Shown piece by piece: positions 39,738 through 49,219 of a DNA stretch of 64,000 bases (positions are counted from its first letter, which is position 1; each line of letters begins with the position of its first letter). Source of the stretch: Deltaproteobacteria bacterium (GTDB lineage: Bacteria > Myxococcota > Kuafuiibacteriia > Kuafuiibacteriales > Kuafuiibacteriaceae); the NCBI GenBank assembly GCA_040218735.1, contig JAVJQW010000069.1:1-64000 (forward strand), given 5' to 3'. The notes below the pieces were generated by a model. It did no database searches. It worked only from the letters and a program-made list of their open reading frames with translations, and was not told the origin of the DNA. Made by a program: the position numbers and the translations under genes.

Positions 39738-40015
39738 ATACCGGCGTGGGACGAGAGTCATCTTGATGCTCTTCTTACGGCCCCAGTCGTGAGCAGCGGG
39801 TTCGGTGTCGTGGGTCGCAGATCGGGTCATCGTGATCACGCGAGCGAGCGGCTCTTTGGTGACCTCGGGCGCTAGACTCGAGCGTCGTGGCGACAGGGAG
39901 AGGCTGATCGGCGAGGCGACAGCCTCCCAACGTGGGCCTCAATTCGTCGCCAGCCATGTGACGAAGTCGTGCTGGCGCGCAAGGGTCAGCGGTCCCCCTG
40001 GGCGGACCGCGCGCG

Positions 40016-42340
40016 TCAAACCTTCGCCCGGCGAAGGCGCAGCGCGTTGGCGATCACCGACACCGAGCTGAAGCTCATCGCCGCAGCGGCCAGCATCGGG
40101 CTGAGGAGCACGCCGAAGAACGGATACACGACGCCCGCCGCAACGGGCACGCCGAGCGCGTTGTACACGAACGCGAAGAAGAGGTTCTGCCGGATGTTAG
40201 CCATCGTCACGCGCGACAGCCGCCGCGCGCGCACGATGCCGCGAAGGTCGCCCTTCACGAGCGTGACGCTGGCGCTCTCCATGGCCACGTCCGTACCCGT
40301 GCCCATGGCGATACCGACGTGTGCCTCTGCCAAGGCTGGGGCGTCGTTGATCCCGTCGCCGGCCATGGCGACGGTGCGACCTTCGTCCTGAAGCCGCTTC
40401 ACGACGGCCGCCTTCTCGTCCGGGAGGACGTCCGCGACGACGTCGTCGATCGAGAGCTTCTTCGCGACGGCCTTCGCGGTGGTGGCGTTGTCTCCCGTCA
40501 ACATGACGACACGGATTCCCTCGGCATTGAGCGCAGCGATGGCGTCGGGGGTGGTGTCCTTGATCGGATCGGCGACCCCCAAGAGCCCCGTGACCGCCCC
40601 GTCCACGGCCACGAACATCACGGTCTGACCATCCGCCCGCAGCACGTCCGCACGCTCGAGCACGCCCTCCGTGTCTGCGCCGATGTCGTCCATGAGCGCG
40701 ACGTTCCCCAAGGCGACGCGGTGCGCTTCGACGGTGCCCGTGACCCCCTTGCCGGTCACCGATTCGAAGTCTTCGGCCTTTGTGACCGCCACGTCGCGCT
40801 CCCGAGCGCCGGACACGATGGCGGCCGCGAGCGGGTGCTCGCTCCCTCGCTCAAGGGTCGCCGCGAGCCTGAGGAGCTGCGCCTCGTCCGTGCCCTCGAG
40901 CGCGGTGATGCTGACCAGCCGCGGCCGGCCTTCGGTGAGCGTGCCCGTCTTGTCGACGACCAGCGTGTCGACCTTTCGTAGGACCTCGATCGCCTCCGCG
41001 TTGCGAAAGAGGAGCCCGAGCGCCGCCCCCTTGCCCGTGGCGACCATGATCGACATAGGCGTCGCGAGCCCGAGCGCACAAGGGCACGCGATGATGAGGA
41101 CGGCCACCGCGTTGATCAGTCCGTACGCCATCGCGGGCGCCGGCCCCCACACGGACCACACGACGAACGTGAGGAGCGCGATGAGGACGACGATCGGGAC
41201 GAAGTAGCCGGAGACGACGTCCGCGAGCTTCTGGATCGGCGCTCGACTGCGCTGCGCCTCGGCGACCATGTTCACGATCCGGGCGAGGAGGGTCTCTGCG
41301 CCGACCTTCTCGGCGCGCATCACCAGAGCTCCGGTGCCGTTGATCGTTGCGCCGATGACGGCGTCGTCGATGGTCTTCTCCACCGGGATCGGCTCCCCGG
41401 TCACCATCGACTCGTCGATGTGCGAGCGCCCTTCGACGACGACGCCGTCCACAGGAACCTTCTCGCCCGGGCGCACGCGGAGCAGATCGCCCGGCAGGAC
41501 CATCTTGAGCGCGACGTCCTCTTCCGTACCGTCGTTGCGGATCCGGCGCGCGCTCGTGGCGGCCATCCCTAGAAGCTTCTTGAGCGCCGTGCTCGTCCGG
41601 CTGCGCGCGCGTAGCTCCAAGACCTGGCCCAAGAGGATCAGGGCGACGATCGCGGCGGCCGCTTCGAAGTAGACCGCCACTTCACCGCCGTGGCTCCGGA
41701 AGGCGTCGGGGAATACGCCTGGAGCCAGGGCGGCCACGACGCTATACGAGAAGGCCACGCTCACGCCGAGCCCGATCAGCGTGAACATGTTCAGGCTGCG
41801 GTTTCGGATCGACCGGACCGCCCGCACGTAGAACGGCCACGCGGACCACAGACAGACGGGCGCCGCCAGCGCGAGCTCGACGAATGTCCGCGCGCGCCCC
41901 GGGAGGAGCGACGAGATCGGGTGCTCCGGGAGCATGTCGAGCATCACCACCGCCACGAGAGGGACGGCCAGGGCCGCTGCGAACCAGAACCGCCGGGTCA
42001 TGTCCATGAGCTCCGTGTTGTCTTCGGGCTCCGCCGAGACCCCGCGGGGCTCGAGCGCCATCCCGCAGATCGGGCAGTCGCCTGGCGCCGTGCGAACGAC
42101 CTCGGGGTGCATGGGGCAGGTCCACTCCGCCGCCGGCGCCGGGGGCGTCTCGCGCTCGAGCGCCATGCCGCACTTCGGGCAGTCGCCGGGCCCGGTGGCG
42201 CGAACCTCGGGGTGCATGGGACAGGTATGAGCGCCCCCGCCGTGCGCGTGCGGGGCCTGGGCCGTTGCGTTGGGGGCCGTGCCGCGGCCCGGGTCTCGGT
42301 CGGGGGCGTTCGGAAGGTTCGTCTCGGCGTGCTCTGACAT
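40016..42340 (-). CDS. copA: Cu(I)/Ag(I)-translocating P1B-type ATPase
   Basis: Two TCPMHP..CP.CGM domains, [38 protein letters not shown]. Confidence 0.96.
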   Translation of the reverse strand: MSEHAETNLPNAPDRDPGRGTAPNATAQAPHAHGGGAHTCPMHPEVRATGPGDCPKCGMALERETPPAPAAEWTCPMHPEVVRTAPGDCPICGMALEPRGVSAEPEDNTELMDMTRRFWFAAALAVPLVAVVMLDMLPEHPISSLLPGRARTFVELALAAPVCLWSAWPFYVRAVRSIRNRSLNMFTLIGLGVSVAFSYSVVAALAPGVFPDAFRSHGGEVAVYFEAAAAIVALILLGQVLELRARSRTSTALKKLLGMAATSARRIRNDGTEEDVALKMVLPGDLLRVRPGEKVPVDGVVVEGRSHIDESMVTGEPIPVEKTIDDAVIGATINGTGALVMRAEKVGAETLLARIVNMVAEAQRSRAPIQKLADVVSGYFVPIVVLIALLTFVVWSVWGPAPAMAYGLINAVAVLIIACPCALGLATPMSIMVATGKGAALGLLFRNAEAIEVLRKVDTLVVDKTGTLTEGRPRLVSITALEGTDEAQLLRLAATLERGSEHPLAAAIVSGARERDVAVTKAEDFESVTGKGVTGTVEAHRVALGNVALMDDIGADTEGVLERADVLRADGQTVMFVAVDGAVTGLLGVADPIKDTTPDAIAALNAEGIRVVMLTGDNATTAKAVAKKLSIDDVVADVLPDEKAAVVKRLQDEGRTVAMAGDGINDAPALAEAHVGIAMGTGTDVAMESASVTLVKGDLRGIVRARRLSRVTMANIRQNLFFAFVYNALGVPVAAGVVYPFFGVLLSPMLAAAAMSFSSVSVIANALRLRRAKV

Positions 42341-42499
42341 GCGTCCTCCGCGGCTTCGAACAGCAGGAGTCGTGCCGATCCGTCGAGGGCCGATCGCGAT
42401 GGCTTCTTCGTCCCGGGCGACGAACGGCTTCGCCTTTCGTGACCACTTGGGATACTGAATGGTTCAGTCAGTTACGCAGCCGCCGGTCCGGCCGCCAGG

Positions 42500-44020
42500 A
42501 TGCTCATGTTCGACGAGTCCCGGAGCCTCGATGCGAAGAGTCCACGATTCATCGGGCGCCAGCTCGCCTTCGGCTTTGGCTCGGTGAGCGTGGTGGCGAT
42601 CGCGATGTGCGCGATGCTGGTGCTCGTGATCCAGGAGGTTGCGGGTCTCGTGGAGTCGATGCGCCACGACGAGAGCTCGATCCGCCAGGGGATGGAGCTG
42701 TCCTCGTCGGTGCGGGAGATGTCGCTTCACATCGCCCGCACCGTGATCGACGGGGACGACGCGCACCTCGATCAGTACGAGACGTGGCGCGCCCGGGTTC
42801 GTTCGAGGATTCGGACGCTCGCTCCGCGCGTCCCGCCCGAAGAGCGCGATCGGCTCGAAGACCTCGGGGAGACGACCCGAAAGATGCACGCGCTGCTCGT
42901 AGGCTCGGCGCTACCCGCGGCGCAGCGCGGTGACGTCGAGGCGGCGCGCGAGGCACACCGAGCCCTCGAGCGCCTGGGCGAGGAGGCCGCCCGCGAGGCT
43001 GATCTCCTGGCCACCGCCACGACGCAGCAGATGGCCCACGCGCACGATCACGCCACACGGTCGACGCACTTGGGCCTGCTAGGCGGGGGGCTGTGCGCGC
43101 TGCTCATCGTCGCGCTTTCGGTGGGCTTCACGGTGCGGCTTCGCTCGGTGGTGCTCAGACCTCTGCATCGTCTCACGGACGCGGCGCTGCGCTACGGTCG
43201 AGGTGACTTCGCATTCCGCGTCGAGGACGTCGGCCGCGGCGAGCTCGCGGCCGTGGGCGACGCGTTCTCCCGCATGGCGGATGAGCTGGCCCGGCGCGAA
43301 GCGCGGCTCCTGCACAACGAGCGCATGGCGGCGATCGGGCAGCTGGCTGCGGGCATCGCGCACGAGCTGAACAACCCCATCGGCATCATCCGCGGCTATC
43401 TCAAGACCATGAGCGCGGACCAGGCGCCCGAGACCCTCCGCGAGGAGCTGGCGATCCTCGACGAGGAGGCCGGACACTGCCAACGCATCGCGGACGATCT
43501 CCTCTCCTACGCCCGGTCGGATCTGCTGAGCTATGAGCGCATCGACATGAGCCTCTTCCTCGCGGAGACGGCGAAGCGCTACGGCGTCGGTGAGGGCGCA
43601 AAGGCCGTCGAGGTCGTTGCCGACAACGCGGACGTGGAGGCCGACGCGGCGCGCCTCCGGCAGGTGGTCGTGAACCTCCTCAACAACGCCGGGCAGGCGT
43701 CGCCCGGAGGCGAGCTGATCCGTGTGGTCGGGGCACTACGCGGCGATGCGTACCGCGTCGAGGTGCTCGACAAGGGGCCCGGCATCGACCCCGTGGATGC
43801 GCAGCGCCTCTTCGAGCCGTTCTTCTCGAAACGGAAGAACGGCAGCGGGCTCGGGTTGGCGGTGTGCCAGGGGATCGTGCGGGCGCACGGGGGCGTTATC
43901 GAGGTCGAGAACGCGCCAGGCGGCGGCGCCATTTTTCGGGTCGAGCTCCCCCTTCGACAGGCCCCGCAAGAGAACGGGCCTCCCCCGCGACCGGACGCGC
44001 CGAGGCAGAGGCCCGCATGA
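42500..44020 (+). CDS. NtrB-like HAMP sensor kinase with His/Met-rich periplasmic domain
   Basis: AAGIAHELNNP, NLLNNA, DKGPG, GSGLGL; MAHAHDHA before TM2. Confidence 0.92.
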   Translation: MLMFDESRSLDAKSPRFIGRQLAFGFGSVSVVAIAMCAMLVLVIQEVAGLVESMRHDESSIRQGMELSSSVREMSLHIARTVIDGDDAHLDQYETWRARVRSRIRTLAPRVPPEERDRLEDLGETTRKMHALLVGSALPAAQRGDVEAAREAHRALERLGEEAAREADLLATATTQQMAHAHDHATRSTHLGLLGGGLCALLIVALSVGFTVRLRSVVLRPLHRLTDAALRYGRGDFAFRVEDVGRGELAAVGDAFSRMADELARREARLLHNERMAAIGQLAAGIAHELNNPIGIIRGYLKTMSADQAPETLREELAILDEEAGHCQRIADDLLSYARSDLLSYERIDMSLFLAETAKRYGVGEGAKAVEVVADNADVEADAARLRQVVVNLLNNAGQASPGGELIRVVGALRGDAYRVEVLDKGPGIDPVDAQRLFEPFFSKRKNGSGLGLAVCQGIVRAHGGVIEVENAPGGGAIFRVELPLRQAPQENGPPPRPDAPRQRPA

Positions 44021-45414
44021 CGGACACTCGACCAACGCTCCTCGTCGTCGATGACAAGAAGAACATGACCCGCCTCATGGCGAAGGTGATGAAGGCCGAC
44101 GCGATCGTCTGTACGGCCGACAGCGGGGCCGAGGCGCTTCGGATCCTCGCGAGCCGACACGTCGACGCCGTGCTTTGCGACCTCCGGATGCCGGACATGG
44201 ACGGCCTCGACGTGCTGCGCGCGTGTCGCCGGCTCCGACCGCAGGCCGAGTTCGTCCTGATGACGGCCTACGCGACGGTCGGCACAGCCGTCGAGGCACT
44301 CAAGCTGGGCGCCTACGACTACTTGACCAAGCCCTTCGAGCCCGACGTGGCGAGGAACGTCTTGCTGAGAGCGTTGTCACGCGCCCACCTCGCCGAGCCG
44401 GCGTCCGACGCGGCGCGAGAGGTGCTGCCCGGCGTCCTCGCCAAGTCCCGCACGATGGAGGATCTCGCGGACTTCGTGAAGCGCATCGCGGACAGTGATG
44501 CCACGGCGCTGCTGCTCGGAGAGACCGGCACGGGGAAGGAGCGCCTCGCGCGCGCCATCCATGAGCTCTCTCCACGGGGCCAGAGCCGCTTCATCGCGCT
44601 GAACTGTGCAGCCGTGCCGGCGGAGCTCTTGGAGAGCGAGCTCTTCGGCAGCGCGAAGGGATCGTTCACCGGTGCGACCGCGGACCGGAAGGGGCTCTTC
44701 GAGGAGGCGGACGGCGGGAGCCTCTTCCTCGACGAGATCGGAGACCTGCGACCGTCGCTGCAAGCGAAGTTGACGCGGGCGCTCGAGGAGCGTGCGGTGC
44801 GCCGTGTCGGCGAAGCCAAGGAGAGATCGGTCGATGTTCGCCTCATTGCCGCGACGCACCGTGACCTCGAGGCGATGGTACGCGAGGGCACCTTCCGAGA
44901 AGACCTCTGGTACCGCCTCAACGTCGCGTTGGTCCGCATCCCCCCGCTGAGAGATCGCAAGGACGACGTCGAGCCGCTCGCCCACCACTTCTTGAGACAG
45001 CACGCCGAGAGAAACCGCGGGCACCCGATCAAAGGCTTCACCAAGGTCGCGCTCGAGGCGCTCGTCGCCTACGATTGGCCCGGGAACGTGCGGCAGCTTC
45101 GCTCCGCGGTCGAGCGCGCGTGTGTGGTCGCGCGCGGCGAGGAGATCGATGCGGTCGACCTGCCTCCCGAAGTGCTGCGCACCGATGCTTCCGCGATCGA
45201 CGACCCCGCGCTCGTCCACTGCACTTGGGCGCAGGCCCTCGAGCGCGGCCGGGCCGACGTGGGGAGGCGGTACCTCGAAGCGTTGATGCGCCGCTTCGAC
45301 GGACAGGTCACGGAGGCGGCGGCCCAGGCCGGGGTTGAACGTGAGAGCTTCTACCGCCTGCTCAGGAAGCATGGGGTCGACGCCGCGGCCTTTCGGAGCG
45401 CGTCGCCGAAGTAA
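44017..45414 (+). CDS. Sigma-54-dependent (NtrC-family) response regulator
   Basis: Receiver DLRMP, GETGTGKE, GSFTGA, LFLDEI, WPGNVRQL, C-terminal HTH; ATG 44017 overlaps kinase stop. Confidence 0.94.
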   Translation: MTDTRPTLLVVDDKKNMTRLMAKVMKADAIVCTADSGAEALRILASRHVDAVLCDLRMPDMDGLDVLRACRRLRPQAEFVLMTAYATVGTAVEALKLGAYDYLTKPFEPDVARNVLLRALSRAHLAEPASDAAREVLPGVLAKSRTMEDLADFVKRIADSDATALLLGETGTGKERLARAIHELSPRGQSRFIALNCAAVPAELLESELFGSAKGSFTGATADRKGLFEEADGGSLFLDEIGDLRPSLQAKLTRALEERAVRRVGEAKERSVDVRLIAATHRDLEAMVREGTFREDLWYRLNVALVRIPPLRDRKDDVEPLAHHFLRQHAERNRGHPIKGFTKVALEALVAYDWPGNVRQLRSAVERACVVARGEEIDAVDLPPEVLRTDASAIDDPALVHCTWAQALERGRADVGRRYLEALMRRFDGQVTEAAAQAGVERESFYRLLRKHGVDAAAFRSASPK

Positions 45415-45507
45415 CCAACTCGGTCACCCGGGGACCCGTGCGGTTACGGACGGGCCGTTCAGAGAGGTGCGGCCGAGTGGTTTCGGCAGTTGGTGGCTTC
45501 GCTGGTT

Positions 45508-45524
45508 TGGGCCCGCGTCGTGCA
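45508..45524 (+). promoter_or_regulatory. Possible sigma-54 -24/-12 promoter
   Basis: GG-N10-GC (GGCCCGCGTCGTGCA) upstream of the cupredoxin gene; implied leader is very short. Confidence 0.3.
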
Positions 45525-45540
45525 GGGGCGAGGAGGCGAC

Positions 45541-45936
45541 ATGAAACATCTCTCCCTCTTCGTTGCCATCGCGCTCTTGGCTGCCGCCTGCGAGTCCAAG
45601 AAGGGCGAATCGACCCCTCCAGACTCTACCCGGGTCGCGTCCGACCCCGCTTCCCCGTCCGATGCGCCGCGCCGAGTCGCCGTCTCGGTCACGGGCTCAG
45701 GTTACGAACCCGATCGCATCGATGCGCGCGCCGGCGAAGCGCTCACGCTCGCGTTCAAGCGGACGAGTGAGGAGGGCTGCGGCGACGAGGTCGTGTTCCC
45801 CGGGCGCGACCTTCGCCGAGCGCTGCCCATCGACCAGGAGGTCGAGGTCGAGCTGACGCCGAAGAAGGACGAGACCATCGCGTTCACCTGCGGCATGGGG
45901 ATGTATCGGGGCAGCGTCGTCGCGTCGACGAGGTAG
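45541..45936 (+). CDS. Cupredoxin-domain lipoprotein
   Basis: AGGAGG RBS; lipobox AAAC; GYEPDRI, GC...FTCGMGMYRG. Confidence 0.88.
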   Translation: MKHLSLFVAIALLAAACESKKGESTPPDSTRVASDPASPSDAPRRVAVSVTGSGYEPDRIDARAGEALTLAFKRTSEEGCGDEVVFPGRDLRRALPIDQEVEVELTPKKDETIAFTCGMGMYRGSVVASTR

Positions 45937-45941
45937 CGCGC

Positions 45942-47330
45942 GTGCGACGGGTCTCCACATGGGTGTTCGCGCCCCTCGTCGTGGCCGCGCTGATCGGGTG
46001 CGCGGGTCCGCACGAGTCCACGCTCCGTCGTGATCTCGCGCGCGCCCGCGTCGCGTACGCGTCGTCCGCGACGGTCGAGGACGGGCGATCGCCGCCCTTG
46101 GCCAAAGGCGGCCTCTCGGCGTACCTCCGTCTCGCGCTCAATAAGAATCCGGAACTCAGGGCGAGCTTCGAACGGTGGCGGGCCAGCGTCCACCGGATCT
46201 CAAGCGCGCGTCGCCTGCCAGAGCCGACCCTCGGCTTCGGATACTTCGTACGGTCGGTCGAGACGCGCGTGGGCCCGCAGCAGGCACGCATTAGCCTGCA
46301 GCAGGCCTTCCCTTGGCCTACGCGCCTGACCGCGGGGGCGGACGCCGCGTCCGCCCGCGCGCGCTCCATGCAGCGACGCTTCGAGGCGCAGGCGCTCTCG
46401 GTGGCGCAGCGGGTTGAGGTCGCCTACTGGAACCTCTGGCAGCTTCGGACGACCCGCCGAATCCATCGCGAACACCTCGACGTGATCCGAGGCTTGTCGG
46501 AGGTCGTTCGGGCTCGCGTGTCGGCCAGCGCCGCGTCGTTGGCCGACCTCCAGCAGATCGATCTCACGGCGGCGCGGATCGCGGACAACATCCGCGGGAT
46601 GGACGAAGCCGAGCGCGGCGCGGAGGCGCTCCTTAGGGCCGCGATCGGCGTGCCGCCCGCGGCGCCCGTTCCGACCCCTGACGAGCCGGGGCGCGTGGTC
46701 ATGCCCTCCGACGCGGCCGAGTCGCTGGCCGCGTCGGTCCGGGCGCATCCGATGATCGATAGCGTCGGGTTCCTCGCGGAGGCGTCCGAGGCGCAGGCGC
46801 GCGCGGAAGGCGCCGACCGGCTCCCCAGCTTCACCGTCGGGGCGGATTGGATCGTCACGGGGGAGGCGGCGGCGCCCGATGTACCGGGGAGCGGACGTGA
46901 CGCCGTCATCGTCGGCGCGGGCATCCGCGTCCCGCTCTGGCAGGGCAGCTACGGAGACAGCGTCGAAGCCGCGGAGGCCGAGTCGCGCGCGCAGCGGGCG
47001 GAGCAAAGGTCCCTCGTCGACCGCGCCGAGTCGGAGCTAACGGTCACGCTCGCGAACCTCCGGGACGCACAACGCCGGGTCGAGCTCTACCGGGTAACGC
47101 TCGTCCCGCAAGCTCAGTCCGCGTTCGAATCCGTGCTCGGTACCTACACCGTCGGCCGAGGGACCGTCGCGCAGACGCTCTTGTCGCAGCGGGACCTCTT
47201 GGAGCTGCGGATCGAGCTGGAGCGCGCCCGCGCCGACCACGCGCGAAGCTGGTCGAGGCTCGAAGGGCTCACCGGGCGCGAACTCATACCCGATGCCGAG
47301 ACCTCGCGTCCGCCAGGAGCAGAACGATGA
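45942..47330 (+). CDS. TolC-family outer membrane factor (CusC-like)
   Basis: Lipobox LIGC; LPEPTLG, QAFPWP, RVPLWQ; context. Confidence 0.88.
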   Translation: MRRVSTWVFAPLVVAALIGCAGPHESTLRRDLARARVAYASSATVEDGRSPPLAKGGLSAYLRLALNKNPELRASFERWRASVHRISSARRLPEPTLGFGYFVRSVETRVGPQQARISLQQAFPWPTRLTAGADAASARARSMQRRFEAQALSVAQRVEVAYWNLWQLRTTRRIHREHLDVIRGLSEVVRARVSASAASLADLQQIDLTAARIADNIRGMDEAERGAEALLRAAIGVPPAAPVPTPDEPGRVVMPSDAAESLAASVRAHPMIDSVGFLAEASEAQARAEGADRLPSFTVGADWIVTGEAAAPDVPGSGRDAVIVGAGIRVPLWQGSYGDSVEAAEAESRAQRAEQRSLVDRAESELTVTLANLRDAQRRVELYRVTLVPQAQSAFESVLGTYTVGRGTVAQTLLSQRDLLELRIELERARADHARSWSRLEGLTGRELIPDAETSRPPGAER

Positions 47331-49219
47331 GCAGAGTAGATAGGAAGCGTTGGATCGCCGGGCTTCGAGGATGGTTTCGGTCGCACGCCTCCCAGGGCGT
47401 GGTGCTGATCGTCGGCCTGGTGATCGGTGCCTCGTGGGCGGGTGCGCGATCGTGCGGGGCACCCGAGGTCGAAGAGGCCGAGCACGCGCACGCATCGAGC
47501 GGCGCCGCCGCGACGATCTGGACCTGCTCCATGCATCCCCAGATTCGGCAGCCGGAGCCGGGCCAGTGCCCCATCTGCGGCATGGATCTGATCCCGGTGA
47601 CCTCGGAGGGCGACGACCGCGCGCCCGACCGGGTGGTGCTCTCCGAACGCGCGCAGGCGCTCATGCGGCTCCGCACCGAGGAGGTTCGGCGCCAGGCCGA
47701 CGCCGCGTCCGACCTCCGCCTCCTCGGCCGCTTCGAGGCGAACGAGACCACACTAAAGACCGTCACCGCATGGACGGGTGGGCGGATCGATCGCCTCCGC
47801 GTGAACGTCACGGGCGAGCGCGTGCGCGCCGGCCAGGTCATCGCGACGCTGTACAGCCCCGAGGTCTTCGCCGCTCACCAGGACCTCCTCGTCGCGAAGC
47901 GACAGGTCGACCGTATGCAGTCGAGCCCGGAGGCGTCGCGGATGGCCGCGCGCGCCGCCCTGGAGGCCGCACGCGAACGCCTCCGTCTCCTCGGCGTCCC
48001 CGACGACGAGGTGTCACGCATGGAGCGGCAGGAGCGGCCGACCCGCGCCGTCGCGATCCGCAGCCCGTTCGGCGGGACCGTGATCGAGCGGATGGCCACG
48101 GAGGGTTCGTACGTCTCGACAGGTACGCCGCTGTACCGCATCGCTAACCTCTCGTCCCTGTGGCTGCAGCTCGATGCCTACGAAAACGACCTCCCGCGCC
48201 TCGCGGTCGGACAGGGCGTCCGGGTGACGGTCGAGGCCATCCCCGGCGAGGTCTTCGAAGGCGAGGTGACCTTCATCGAGCCGACGCTCGACCCGCGACG
48301 CAGGACGGCCCGAGTACGGGTCCAGGTCGACAACCAGGAACGTCGCCTTCGTCCAGGGATGTTCGCTGAGGCCACCGTTGCAACCGGCGAGACGAAGGGC
48401 GAACAGAGCCCGCTCGTCGTCCCCAGGACGGCGCCGCTCTTCACGGGGCGCCGCTCCATCGTCTACGTGGAGATCCGTTCCGAGGACCGCGTCGGCTATG
48501 AGCCGCGCACGGTCCGCCTCGGCCCGCGTCTCGGGGACGTCTATCCGGTGGTCGCGGGGCTCGCCGAAGGTGAGCGTATCGTCGCACGCGGCGCCTTCGC
48601 GCTCGACGCGGATCTTCAGATTCGCGGTGGCCACAGCATGATGGCGCCCGAGGACGATCGGAGCGAGCACGCGTGGGACGAAGTCATCGACATCGCGCCC
48701 GCCGTCCGGCGGTCCTTCGCGCCGCTGGTCGTGGCGTACCTCGACGTGCAGAGCGCGCTCGCCGACGACGACCTCGACGCCGCCAAGACGGCGGCCGCGA
48801 AGCTCTCGGACAATGCCTCGAGCATCCGCATCGAGCGACCTCGAGACGCGCACGCGGCGTGGTCCGAGATCGCGGACCCGTTGCGAGGCCACGGTCGACA
48901 CGTCGCCATGGCCGCGAGTCTGGAGGGGGCGCGCGAAGGGTTCGAACCCTTGAGCGAAGCGATCATCGATCTCCTCACGCGGTTCGGTAACCCGCTCGAC
49001 GAGCCCCTCCGGCTGGCGTTCTGCCCGATGGCCTCCGGGAGCGATGGTGCCCGGTGGGTCCAGAAGGGCGAGGCGATCGACAACGCCTACTTCGGCGCCG
49101 CGATGTTGACCTGCGGCGAGGTGCGGCAGGAGGTGCCGCAGGGTGGCTACTTGGCGGTACCTCGGGGGCGTTCTGCAGAACCGCGCCGCGCGGCACCGGC
49201 GGGAGGGCACGCACATTGA
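47327..49219 (+). CDS. cusB: CusB-like adaptor with N-terminal heavy-metal-binding domain and DUF3347-like C-terminus
   Basis: WTCSMHPQIRQPEPGQCPICGMDL; LYSPE; LRPGMF; FCPMA...W.Q....NAYFGAAMLTCG. Confidence 0.88.
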   Translation: MSRVDRKRWIAGLRGWFRSHASQGVVLIVGLVIGASWAGARSCGAPEVEEAEHAHASSGAAATIWTCSMHPQIRQPEPGQCPICGMDLIPVTSEGDDRAPDRVVLSERAQALMRLRTEEVRRQADAASDLRLLGRFEANETTLKTVTAWTGGRIDRLRVNVTGERVRAGQVIATLYSPEVFAAHQDLLVAKRQVDRMQSSPEASRMAARAALEAARERLRLLGVPDDEVSRMERQERPTRAVAIRSPFGGTVIERMATEGSYVSTGTPLYRIANLSSLWLQLDAYENDLPRLAVGQGVRVTVEAIPGEVFEGEVTFIEPTLDPRRRTARVRVQVDNQERRLRPGMFAEATVATGETKGEQSPLVVPRTAPLFTGRRSIVYVEIRSEDRVGYEPRTVRLGPRLGDVYPVVAGLAEGERIVARGAFALDADLQIRGGHSMMAPEDDRSEHAWDEVIDIAPAVRRSFAPLVVAYLDVQSALADDDLDAAKTAAAKLSDNASSIRIERPRDAHAAWSEIADPLRGHGRHVAMAASLEGAREGFEPLSEAIIDLLTRFGNPLDEPLRLAFCPMASGSDGARWVQKGEAIDNAYFGAAMLTCGEVRQEVPQGGYLAVPRGRSAEPRRAAPAGGHAH

